This document shows, in pieces, positions 32,312 through 42,806 of a DNA stretch of 64,000 nucleotides. This stretch comes from Vulcanimicrobiota bacterium (GTDB lineage Bacteria > Vulcanimicrobiota > Vulcanimicrobiia > Eremiobacterales > Eremiobacteraceae): positions 27,131-91,130 of the forward strand of contig CAVXUM010000006.1 of assembly GCA_963764965.1 (NCBI GenBank). The letters are read 5' to 3'. Made by a program: the position numbers and the translations under genes. The notes below the pieces were generated by a model. It had not been told where the DNA came from and did no database searches. It saw nothing but the letters and a program-made list of their open reading frames with translations. Every line of letters starts with the position of its first letter. Position 1 is the stretch's first letter.

Positions 32312-32699
32312 CTAGTGTTTCCCTCCGTTGTCAGCCTTATCGAAACGTTTGATCGCGTTGACGAGTTCATCCGCCGTGAAACCGAACGCCTCGCACTCGG
32401 CGCGCGCGCGTTTAGCGATGTCCATCGAGACGGTCGCGGCGCCGCGACGTGCCGGGCGCGGCCAGCGGCGGGGCGATGAACGTGCCGCGTCCGCGCGTGC
32501 TCTTGAGAACGCCATCGCGCTCGAGCTCGGCATAGGCGCGGTTCACGGTGTTGGGATTGATGGACAGGTCGATGGCCACTTCGCGCACGGTGGGCAACTG
32601 GTCGCCCGGCCGGAGATCGCCGCGTGATATCGCGTGCAAGATCTGCTCCCGTAATTGCAGGTAGACTGGGATGCCGCTGGATTCATTGAGATGGAACAC
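32312..32699 (-). CDS. Small GntR-family (YtrA-like) transcriptional regulator, one frameshift
   Basis: Winged-helix HTH LPTVREVAIDLSINPNTVNRAYAELERDGVL. GTG start. The C-terminus continues in the frame of ORF 32312..32533. Confidence 0.65.
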
Positions 32700-32720
32700 T
32701 CGCTACCCGTCTATTGTCCT

Positions 32721-32772
32721 ATTGTCTTAATGATTTGAGACAAGTATACGACGCGCGAGACCGGCTGTCAAG
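32721..32772 (-). promoter_or_regulatory. Consensus sigma-70 promoter (TTGACA-N17-TATACT) with an overlapping palindromic operator TTGTCT-N10-AGACAA, upstream of the GntR gene
   Basis: On the minus strand: -35 TTGACA (32767-32772), 17-bp spacer, -10 TATACT (32744-32749). Palindrome 32723-32744, plus a tandem GACAATAG x2. Confidence 0.55.
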
Positions 32773-32865
32773 GGCGGGGCATCACCCAGATGGCAGGGGC
32801 CGACCCAATCTCCGGACCGCGAGGCGCCCATTGCCGGCGACTGGCCGCCGTGGGATAGGCGACGC

Positions 32866-33447
32866 ATGACGTTCTTGATCGCTCCCGCTTCGGTCGCCAT
32901 GATCGCGCTAGGTCATCGCGGACCTGTCCAGCCGCGGCACCACCATCATCCCGTGCACGCGACGGCGCACACGCCGCGTCGCGCACGGCCGTCGGCCGGC
33001 ATCCGCGCCGCTTCGCAAAGCCGAATGGCTCGCCTCGAGCGGCTTGCACTGCTCGTGCGCCGCGAAGCTCTGCTGCGCGATTTCCTTATCAAGGCGCGAA
33101 CGGAGACGTCCGACCTTCACGGACAACCGGTTGTACAAGCTGGATCCAGGCATCGAGATCGATGAGACGACGAGTCGCGACGGATTTCATCGGCAGTCCG
33201 ATCATCCGGGCGCGCGTGCGCAACCGGACCGCAAGCCGGCAAGCGTTATTGCTCGAAGCGGAGATCCGGTCTTCGACCGGCATGCGCAGCCGCGCCGGTG
33301 CTGGCGCTGACGCTCGAACCGGGCGAAACTCGCACCGTCGAGCTGCTGTGCCCAGCAACGAATCGCTCCCGCTTCATTGATATGGAGCACTTCGACGCTG
33401 TAGAACGGCAGGCCAATCGGGCGGCTCGCCTAATTGACACCATGCAT
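32866..33447 (+). CDS. Possible frameshift-shredded hypothetical gene (secreted, His-rich) between the GntR promoter and rnj
   Basis: Three plus-strand ORF fragments that read sensibly when joined ([16 protein letters not shown]... / ...[49 protein letters not shown]). No recognisable family. Confidence 0.25.
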
Positions 33448-33452
33448 GCTGC

Positions 33453-35176
33453 ATGAGTTTTTTCCGACATCGCACGATGAGACGTCCCGCGAACCGCTCA
33501 AAGACCCCACCGGCCAGTTACCTCCGAGTCATCCCGCTAGGCGGCTGCGGCGAGATCGGCCGCAACACGACCGTCTACGAGACGCGCGACGACATCATCG
33601 TCGTCGACGCCGGCGTGCAGTTCCCGGAAGAAGAGATGCTGGGCGTCGACCTCGTCATCAACGACATCATCGTATCTGCTCGAGCACCGAGATAAGGTGC
33701 GGGGTCTCGTGCTCACGCATGCGCACGAGGACCATATCGGCGGCGTGCCGTTCTTCTTGGCACAGCTCAACGTGCCGGTCTACGGCACCGACGTCACGCT
33801 GGCGCTCCTGCGCGGCAAGCTGCGCGAGCACAAGCTGCTCGGCGTGCCGACCTGCGCGTCGTCGACCCTGGCGAAACGGTGAGCATCGGCTCGTGCGACG
33901 TCGCACTTCATCACCGTGACGCACAGCGTCTCCGGCTCGTGCTCGCTCGCCTTGCGCACGCCGCTCGGCACTGTCATCCACACCGGCGATTTCAAGTTCG
34001 ATCAGACGCCGATCGACAACCGGCCGACCGACATGGCGGCGCTGGCCGCGCATGGCCGCGACGGCGTCTTGCTGCTTGGCCTCGGACTCGACCAACGCCG
34101 AGCTGCCCGGTCACACGCTCTCGGAGCGCGTCGTCGGCGAGACGTTCAACGACATCTTCGCCCAGTGCAGACGGCCGCATCATCATCACGATGTTCGCCT
34201 CCAACGTGCCGCGTCTGCAGCAGACCGTCGACGCCGCCAACCGTCACGGCCGCAAGGTCTGCTTTGTCGGCCGCAGCATGCAAAACGTCAGCTCGATCGC
34301 GCTCGAGCACGGCTATCTCGAGATCCCGCCGGGCGTCCAGATCCGGGATCACGAGATTGAGCAATTATCCGGATGAGAAGCTCGTCATCTGCACGACGGG
34401 CAGCCAGGGCGAGCCGATGTCGGCGCTCGTGCGCATGGCGGCCAACGACTACAAGCGCGTCAAACTCAAACGCGGCGATACGGTGATCATCTCGGCGACG
34501 CCGATCCCCGGCAACGAGCGCAGCATCGGCCGGACCATCAACAACCTCTTCAAGCTGGGCGTCAACGTCATCTACGGTCAGCAGCGCCTGGCGCACGTCT
34601 CGGGGCACGGCCGCCAAGAAGAGCTGCTGCTCATGCTCAACCTCACGCAGCCGAAGTACTTCCTGCCGGTGCATGGCGAGTACCGCATGCTCGTCCAGCA
34701 CGCGCGCCTCGCGCGAGCGGATCGGGATCGCATCCGGCCAACATCTTCGTCGCCGAGAACGGCGACGCGCTGGAGATCACCGGACTCCGGCGCTCGCTTT
34801 GGCGGCCGCATCTCCGGCGCACCGGTGTACGTGGACGGGCTGGGCGTCGGCGACGTCGGCAACGTGGTGTTGCGCGATCGCCGTCATCTTTCAGGCGACG
34901 GCATGATCATCGTGACGGTGACGGTGGACAGCGAGGACGGCAAGGTGCTTGCCGGACCGGACATCATCTCGCGCGGGTTCACCTACGGCGGCGATGGCGA
35001 CGGGCTTGTTGGACGAGGTGCGCCGCGAGGCGACCGCCATCATGGAGAGCGGTGCGCGCAAGAGCCTGACCGAGTGGTCGGCGATCCGCGAACACGTCCA
35101 CAAGGGTCTGTCGAAATTCATCTACGACCGGACCAAACGGCGGCCGATGATCGTCCCCGTGGTCATGGAAGTCTAA
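33453..35176 (+). CDS. rnj: Ribonuclease J (metallo-beta-lactamase / beta-CASP), at least six frameshifts
   Basis: [45 protein letters not shown] and a C-terminal domain, spread over five or more fragments. Confidence 0.8.
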
Positions 35177-35182
35177 TAGCGC

Positions 35183-36083
35183 GTGGCCCAGGCGTCGGTC
35201 GCGCTTGAAGCGCGCGAGCTTGAGACGCCCTACACGACGGTGTGGACCGACACGTGGCGTCGCTTCCGCCGCAGCCCTCCGCGCTCATCGGCCTCGCCAT
35301 CATCTTCATCTTGGCCGTGTGCGCGATGTTCGCACCGCAGATCTCCGGTCACACCGATCCCCTGGCGCAGAACCTCACCGAGCCGACCGCTCGCGCCATC
35401 CTGGCACCACCTCGCCGGCACCGACAAGCTCGGCCGTGACATCTTCACCCGGCTGCTCTTCGGTGCGCGGCTTTCGGTGGAGATCGGGTTCGTCTCGGTC
35501 GGCATCGCGCTGACCCTCGGCACGGTCGTCGGGCTCATCTCAGGCTACTGGGGCGGCAAACTGGATTCGATGCTTGATGGGCTTGATGGACGTGATGCTC
35601 GCGTTTCCGACCATCATCTTGGCCATCGCCATCTCGGCCATCCTCGATCAGCGGGTCAGCGACGTCGTCAAGCTGTTCTTCGCCATCGGCATCGTCGCGA
35701 TTCCCGTATACGCGCGCATCGCGCGGTCGTCCGTCCTCGCGGTCAAGGAGACCGAGTTCGTCGAGGCCGCGCGCGCCGTGGGCAATAGTTCGTTCAAACT
35801 GTTGTTCAAACACGTGCTGCCCAACATCTCGGCGCCGCTCATCGTGCAGGCGACGCTGGGCATCGGCACCGCTGAGCTCGACTCGGCCGGACTTTCGTAT
35901 TTGGGTCTGGGCATCCAGCCGCCGACGCCGGAGTGGGGATCGATGCTCAACGACGCGCGCGACTACTGGCTCAACGCGCCCTGGGCGCTGCTCTTCCCGG
36001 GGCTTGCGATCTCCGCGACGGTCTTGGGATTCAACCTGCTCGGCGACGGCCTGCGCGACGCGCTCGACCCGAAGTCGAAATAG
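35183..36083 (+). CDS. ABC transporter permease of the oligopeptide/dipeptide (OppC/DppC) type, about three frameshifts
   Basis: N-terminal TM, then the EAA-loop region (LAFPTIILAIAISAILDQRVSD...YARIARSSVLAVKETEFVEAARAVG). No cognate ATPase or binding-protein gene adjacent. Confidence 0.65.
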
Positions 36084-36124
36084 GCAAATCCCGCCCGCTC
36101 ATCGAACGCCTGTGCGTACTATAT

Positions 36125-38435
36125 ATGAAGCAGAGCAAGGCCGCGCGTTCTCGGCGCGTTGATCCGCTGCCCGGTTTGACGCTCAACCTCGAAGTGTTGG
36201 GTGTCGGCCTGCTCGCGCTCGCGCTGCTGCTCGCGCTCGCTTTGGCATTGCCGTCGGGTCGCACCGGTTCGCTCGGGCCATTCGCCGCTGAGGTGTTGCG
36301 CGGCGGATTCGGCGGCGCGGCTTGGCTTGCGGTCGCGCTGCTCGCCTGCGTGGCGGTCATCGTCTTCCTCGAGCTGCACGCGCTGCGCAAGCTGGCCATC
36401 CTGTCGGCGTGCGCGGCCGGTGAGTTCTTGGTTCTCGACGGCTGGCTCGGACTGGGCGGCGATGGCGGACTCGTCGGCAACGCGATCGGGCATGCGTTCG
36501 CGTTCCTGTTCGGCATGCCGGGAGCCGCCATCGTCTTCGCCTTCGGCGCGATCGCGTTCGTCGTCGTGCCTACCGGGCTATCGTTGAAATCGCTCATCGC
36601 AGCGCTCACGCGCGGCGCGCGCGCAGTGTGGGGTGCGGCTGCCGGCGCGCTCGCTCCGCTGCGCGCACGCCTCGAACGGCGACTCGAACTCGAACGCAGC
36701 CAGCCGGTGAAGCCGCTGGTGGTTGCGCGTCCGGAGCACGAGTCTATCGCGGATGTGCAGCACGCCGCGCCGGACCCGCTCGCGTATTCCGCCGCGGCGG
36801 TCGTCGCACAATCGCAGGCGGCAACGCTGATCGCTCCCAACCTCGAGCCGGTCGTCGAAGCGCCGGCGGCCGTCGTCATCCCGTCGCCGGCCGTGGTGAG
36901 CCCCACGCCCGATCCGGTGGTCATCACGCCGGAGCTCGAGCGCATCGATAATCGCCGCGAGCCAAAGCGAGTCGCAGCGGCGCAATCCGCGGCAGAGCGC
37001 AAAGCGATTGCCGCCGGCGGCTACCGGCTTCCGGATTACGCGCTCTTCAATCCGCCCGGAAAAGCGCGTCCACGACGAGGCGAGCGCCGCGATGCTGCTC
37101 GAGGAGACGCTGGCGTCGTTCGGCGTGGCCGGCAAGGTGACGCACATCGAGCGCGGCCCAAGCGTCACCCGCTACGAGATCACGCCCGGCCGCGGCGTCA
37201 AGGTGAGCGCCATCAAGTCGCTCGCCGACAACGTCCAGCTGGCGCTCGCGGCGCAGAGCATCCGCATCGAGGCGCCCATACCCGGCAAAGCTGCGGTCGG
37301 CATCGAGGTGCCCAACAGCGCCGTCTCAACGGTGAGCGTGCGCGAGATCCTCGACTACTTGCCGCGCGGCGAGGGCAAGCTGTTCTTCGCGCTGGGCAAG
37401 GACATCACGGGCCGGCCTATCGTCGGCGATCTCACGCGCATGCCGCATCTGCTCGTGGCGGGCGCCACCGGCGCCGGCAAGAGCGTCTGCCTCAACGTCA
37501 TCCTGACGTCGCTGCTGGCGACCTGCACGCCGGATCAAGTGCAGCTCATGCTCATCGATCCCAAGCGGGTCGAGCTGACGTCCTACAACGGCATACCGCA
37601 TCTCATCCGCGAGTGCATCACCGATCCCAAACTGGCCGCCGGCGGTCTGTTCGAGCTGACGCGCGAGATGGACGCACGCTACGAGCTGTTCGCGCGCGCC
37701 GGCGTGCGCAAGATCGAGGAATACAACCAGGGCCGCACGGATGACCGGCTGCCGTACATCGTCGTCGTCATCGACGAGCTCGCCGACTTGATGCTCGTCG
37801 CGCCCACGCGCGTGGAGACGAGCATCTGCCGCATCGCGCAGCTGGCGCGCGCGACCGGCATCCACCTCGTCGTGGCCACGCAGCGCCCTTCGGTCGATGT
37901 CATCACCGGTCTGATCAAGGCCAACATCCCGTCGCGCATCGCGTTTGCGGTCTCCTCGCAGGTCGACTCGCGGACCATCATCGACATGGCCGGCGCCGAG
38001 CGGCTGCTGGGCCGCGGCGACATGCTGTACTTGCCCATCGACGCGCCCAAACCGGTACGCGTGCAGGGCGCGCTCGTCACCGGCGACGAGCTGGAGCGGC
38101 TGTGCGAGTTCTGGCGGACGCAGGAAGACCCGGCCAACCGCATCGACATCGAGCTGAGCGAGGTCGAAGAAGACGGTCGCGGTCCGGCCGACGAGCTGGC
38201 CTTCGAAGCCGCGAACATCATCATCGAACGGCAGATGGCCTCGGTCGCGCTGCTGCAGGCCGAACTCAAGGTCGGGCACCCGCGCGCGGTCAGGCTCATG
38301 AAGATCCTCGAGGAGTTCCGCGTGGTCGGACCGGCCGAGGGCACGAAGCCGCGCAAGATACTCGTCGGCTCAGGCGACATCGACAAGTTGGCGGACATGC
38401 TCGCGCCGCGTCGCGACGAGCAAACGCTGCTGTAG
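36125..38435 (+). CDS. ftsK: DNA translocase FtsK/SpoIIIE, one frameshift near 37040
   Basis: N-terminal TM segments and a Pro/Ala linker. Motor domain with Walker A GATGAGKS, Walker B VVVIDELADLM, and a gamma winged-helix domain at the C-terminus. Confidence 0.85.
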
Positions 38436-38493
38436 GGTCTGTCGAAGCGCGCACAAGGCCGGCTTGTGGGGCCCGCCGAACCCGCCGCATATC

Positions 38494-39587
38494 ATGGCAC
38501 AAGGTAGCTCGCGGCTAGACGCAGTCGCGCACAAACTGCAGTCGGGCGAGCCGTTGACCCATGCTGACGGGGTTTTTCTCTTTCGCGAGGCGCCCTTCCA
38601 CGAGTTGGGCAAGCTCGCGCATTCCGTCCGGACCGCCAAAAACGGCGTCAGAGCGTACTACGTCGTCAAGCGCTATCTCAACACCACGAATATCTGCTAC
38701 GCAGGCTGCAAGTTCTGCTCGTTCGCCGCGGCGCGAAAAAGAAGATCGCGCTTATCGCATGTCGCTCGAGACGATCCTCGACAAGGCCTGCGCCGAGCCC
38801 AACGACTACGACGAACTGCATATCGTCGGCGGACACGATCCCAAGCAGACCAGCCTCGAGTTTTGGATCCCTGCCATCGCCCAACTCCACGCGCGCATCC
38901 CGCACGTCCAACTGGCGCTGTTCACCGCGGCCGAGATCGATTACATGTGCAAGCGGGCGCGCTGCTCGTACGAGGACGGATTGCGCCGGCTGCGCGACGC
39001 CGGTCTCACCTCGCTCAACGGGGGCGGCGCCGAGATCCTCGTCAAACGCGTCCGCGACATCATCTGCCCGCACAAGGCGAACGTCCAGGAGTGGCTCGAC
39101 GTGCACCGCGTGGCGCACGGGCTCGGGATCAAGACCAACTGCACCATGCTGTACGGTCATGTGGAGACCATCGAAGAGCGCGTCGAGCATCTCATGCTGT
39201 TGCGCGACCTGCAGGCGCAGACCGGCGGCTTCAAGTGCTTCGTGCCGCTGGCGTTTCACCCCGACGGCAACGATCTCGAGGATATGCGGCTGGACCGGCG
39301 GCATCGACGATCTGCGCACGATCGCGGTCTCGCGCCTCATGCTCGACAACATCGACCACATCAAGGCGTACTGGATCTCGTACGGCATCAAGATGGCCCA
39401 ACTGGGGCTGAATTTCGGGGCCGACGACATCGACGGCACCGTCCACAACGAACAGCAGATCTACCGCGACGCCGGCAGCACGACCGATCAAAGCACGTCG
39501 ATCGTCGAGCTCAAGCGGGCGATCGCCGAGGCGGGCTTCGAACCGACGCGGCGAAATCTGCTCTATCGCGTGCTCGAACCGGCGTAG
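38494..39587 (+). CDS. Radical-SAM enzyme of the futalosine pathway (MqnC/MqnE family), two frameshifts
   Basis: NICYAGCKFCSFAA radical-SAM cluster motif. MqnC/MqnE-type C-terminal motifs (FKCFVPLAFHPDGNDLE, MLDNIDHIKAYWI). Confidence 0.7.
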
Positions 39588-39593
39588 GCGCTC

Positions 39594-40440
39594 GTGTCGC
39601 CATTGCCGCAGTGCGGCCGCATCGCCTACACCAACGACCTGCCGGTCTATGCCGGCATCGACCATGACGTGGTGCAGTTCCCCGGCACGATGCTCGCTGA
39701 CGTCCCGGCCGCTCTCAACGAAGCGCTCATCGCCGGCCGTTTAGACGTCAGCCCCATTTCGTCAGCGTTCTATGCCGAACACGCGGACTCGCTCACGCTG
39801 CTGCCCGGCGTGTGCATCGGCGCGCGCGCCAGGGTGCTCAGCATCTGCTGCATATCGGCGCGGCCACCCTCAGCTTTGTCCGGGGTGCCCATCGCGGTGA
39901 CCCGTGAATCGGTCACCGGCAAAGCGTTGCTGCGCGTCATCTGCCGCACGCACTACGGTTTCGACCCGGTCATGCGCGCAAGCGATGATCCGTTCGGCCA
40001 GCATCTGGCCGACGGCTCTCCGTGCCTTCTGATCGGCGACAAGGCCATCGACGCGGCCGAACAGGCTCCCCCGGACAGCGTCCACGATCTCGGCGAGCTA
40101 TGGAACGCGGCTCACGGGGTCCGGCATGGTGTACGCCGTCTGGGCCGCGCGCAACGAGTACGTGCGCAGCCACCTCGCGGAGGTCCGCGCTGTTGCTCGC
40201 GCGCTGAGCATGTCGCTTGAGTGGGGCCTCGACAACTTGGACCTGGTCATCAAAAGCGCCGAGGCGCTGCATCCGCGCGCCGCTGGTTTCTACACCGAAT
40301 ACTATCGAGCGCTGGAGTTCGGCTTCGACGATGCAGCGCGCACGGCGCTGGACACCTTCATCGCGCGCGCGCACGCCGCCGGCGTGCTCGAGCACGCCCC
40401 CGATCTGCGCTTTCTGGACGAGGTGCCGCAACATGTCTGA
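39594..40440 (+). CDS. mqnA: Chorismate dehydratase MqnA-like (MqnA/MqnD periplasmic-binding-like fold), one frameshift near 40125
   Basis: GRIAYTNDLPVYAGI... N-terminus typical of MqnA. Located between two MqnC/E-type radical-SAM genes. Confidence 0.6.
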
Positions 40441-41518
40441 GGTCGCAGCGCTGCTGCGCAAAGCCGCCGAGGGCGGGCGCCTCAGCCACGAAGAGGGGTT
40501 GACGCTGTATCGCCAGGCATCGCTGCACGACGTGGGCGCGGCGGCGCACGAGCGCCGCACTCGGCTGCACCCCGGCCCAGAGGTCAGCTACGTCATCGAC
40601 ACGACGATCAACTACACCAACATCTGCGACGTGCATTGCACCTTTTGCGCGTTCTTCCGGCCGCAGGGTCACGCAGAAGGCTACACCATGACGCACGAGC
40701 AGGTGCTGGCGCGAGTGCGCTGGGCAGCAGATCAGGGTGCGACCCAGATCATGGTCCAGGGCGGCGTCAATCCCGATCTGCCGATCGACTATTACGTCGA
40801 GCTGTTCAAGCAGATCGGCGCCGCCTTCCCGGGCGTCGACATCCACTCGCTCTCGACGAGCGAGATCTGCGGCATCGCCAAGCGCGAGCAGATGAGCGTC
40901 AAGGACGTGCTGCTCACGCTGCGCGCCGCCGGTCTGAAATCGCTGCCCGGGGCGGGCGCGGAGATCCTGGTCGAGCGCGTGCGCAAGCGCATCTCCGCCC
41001 GCAAGATCGACGACGACCGCTGGCTGGAAGTCATGCGCGTGGCCCAGGGCCTGGGGATGCCGACGACCGCGACGATGATGTTCGGATCGGTCGAGACCGA
41101 TGCCGAGCGGATCACCCATCTCGACGTGCTGCGCGAGCTGCAAGACGAGACGCACGGTTTCAGCGCTTTTATCCCGTGGTATTACGTGCCGCACAAGACG
41201 CCGCTCAAAGGTCGTGAGGCGTCGGGGATGGAGTACCTGCGGGTCATCGCCATCAGCCGCCTCTACCTGGACAATTTCGCCCACATCCAAGCCTCGTGGC
41301 TCACCCCAGGTCTCAAGCTCGGTCAACTGGCGTTGCTCTACGGCGCCGACGACATGGGCGGCACGATCCTCGAGGAGCGCGTGGTCACGCTCGCCGGCAG
41401 CACGAATCAGGCGAGCCGGGCGGATCTCGAGAAGGCCATACGGCAGGCGGGCTATATCCCGGCGGTGCGCGACACCTACTTCAAGCGCAGGGACTATCCG
41501 CTGGCGACGAGCGCGTAG
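40433..41518 (+). CDS. Radical-SAM enzyme of the futalosine pathway (MqnC/MqnE family), intact
   Basis: NICDVHCTFCAF radical-SAM motif. 361 aa. ATG overlaps the mqnA stop. Confidence 0.75.
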   Translation: MSEVAALLRKAAEGGRLSHEEGLTLYRQASLHDVGAAAHERRTRLHPGPEVSYVIDTTINYTNICDVHCTFCAFFRPQGHAEGYTMTHEQVLARVRWAADQGATQIMVQGGVNPDLPIDYYVELFKQIGAAFPGVDIHSLSTSEICGIAKREQMSVKDVLLTLRAAGLKSLPGAGAEILVERVRKRISARKIDDDRWLEVMRVAQGLGMPTTATMMFGSVETDAERITHLDVLRELQDETHGFSAFIPWYYVPHKTPLKGREASGMEYLRVIAISRLYLDNFAHIQASWLTPGLKLGQLALLYGADDMGGTILEERVVTLAGSTNQASRADLEKAIRQAGYIPAVRDTYFKRRDYPLATSA

Positions 41519-41521
41519 CGC

Positions 41522-42115
41522 TTAGCGCGAGACGAGCCGGAAGAACTCCAACAGACTGTCGAGCGGCGGCGGCAAAGGCGACCCCTGGATCACCGCGGTG
41601 AAGAAACCATCTCGCACCGCGTCGGGCGCGAATTGCGCCAAGCGCCGGGTGAAGCCGCGCAGGTTCAGCTCGGTGGAGTAAGTCGCCGTGTCGCCCAGCG
41701 CCTTGCGGAAGTTGAACGAACTCGCGTTGAGATACCACAGCTCGGGCAGCCGGTCGATGCGCAGCGCGATCGCGTAGCTGAGCTCCTCGCTGGTCACCTC
41801 CGTGCCGCCACGCTGGCTGGGGTCGAGCGTGGTGTGCGGAAGTCTGCCCGTCGCCAGCAAGGCGGTCGGACTGAGGGCGACGCCTTGCGCTTTGGCCGGC
41901 ACACGGGTCACCGACACGTGGCGGATGCGCGCACCGTACAGCGCGCGCAACTCATCGGCGACGACGACCCGTTCGTCCCCGCCGTCGGCGAGCTGCACTC
42001 GAATGCGTCGCTCGGGCAGCTCGAAGACGAGCGTGCCTATACGCGCATTCGGCGGCATCGAGACGCCGAAGTCCTCACCCGCTTTAGCTGCGTCAGGCAC
42101 GTTGTGTTCGTCCAT
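41522..42115 (-). CDS. Hypothetical protein
   Basis: ~197-aa ORF beginning MDEHNVPDAAKAG.... No recognisable family. Confidence 0.35.
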   Translation of the reverse strand: MDEHNVPDAAKAGEDFGVSMPPNARIGTLVFELPERRIRVQLADGGDERVVVADELRALYGARIRHVSVTRVPAKAQGVALSPTALLATGRLPHTTLDPSQRGGTEVTSEELSYAIALRIDRLPELWYLNASSFNFRKALGDTATYSTELNLRGFTRRLAQFAPDAVRDGFFTAVIQGSPLPPPLDSLLEFFRLVSR

Positions 42116-42116
42116 A

Positions 42117-42806
42117 TCACCGTCTCCGGGGCCAATTATCCGAGGTGAAATTATCCACGTGCACGTCGGGATACTGTCCGTTGACACGAGCCTTCGTGAA
42201 CGTATCGATCAACTCCATCCCGGCGTTGTTGGCGTAGGTCACTTGCGCGACGTTGAAGGGCGCCAACGCGTCGTTGGCGTTGGTCGCCGTTAGTTCGATC
42301 ATCATGTGATCGGTCTCGTCGTAGATGTCCTTGGTACGGGTATCGCTTGATTTCTCGATGGCGTCATAGGTCTCTTGGTGGCCGCCGCGCTTGCGCGGAT
42401 TCGCGGCTAGCGCGGCGTACAGCTGGTCTTCCGACATTCCCAGTTTGATGCCGAACGGGCCGCGGAACTGCGGGTCGCTATTGATCGAGACCGCCACCAC
42501 CGTGCCGTTCTTGAGCAGCACCTGCCCGAACGGATAGGTCATCACCTCGGCTGCGAGGATGCCGGGCAGTTCGAACGGCGCGTCTTGTTGAGGCTTGCCT
42601 AAGATCGCGATGACGCGAGTGCGCGAGATGCCGGGCACGGCGCCCGTCTTATAGCCGCTCACCGGCGCTGCGGCATGTCCGCATGCGCCAAGGCCCAGCA
42701 TCAGTACGAGCAGCGCCGCGAGCGCGCGCGATCGATGACCGTTGCCCAATCCGTTCCCTATCTGCCGGTCGTGGTCCACGTTTACCGGTCTGTACCCACT
42801 GCGCAC
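42117..42806 (-). CDS. Hypothetical lipoprotein
   Basis: Signal peptide with lipobox LGA-C, then a hydrophilic 200-aa domain. Confidence 0.4.
   Translation of the reverse strand: MRSGYRPVNVDHDRQIGNGLGNGHRSRALAALLVLMLGLGACGHAAAPVSGYKTGAVPGISRTRVIAILGKPQQDAPFELPGILAAEVMTYPFGQVLLKNGTVVAVSINSDPQFRGPFGIKLGMSEDQLYAALAANPRKRGGHQETYDAIEKSSDTRTKDIYDETDHMMIELTATNANDALAPFNVAQVTYANNAGMELIDTFTKARVNGQYPDVHVDNFTSDNWPRRR

Noticed and set aside
32768-33358. Minus-strand ORFs (92, 81, 89 aa) in the gap upstream of the GntR gene
   Set aside because: Low-complexity Arg/Ala-rich translations. The plus-strand joined reading gives a more protein-like sequence, so these are treated as shadow ORFs.
36031-37002. 323-aa minus-strand ORF antisense to ftsK
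   Set aside because: Low-complexity (Ala/Ser/Arg/Thr) shadow ORF. The opposite strand carries a convincing FtsK N-terminus and linker.
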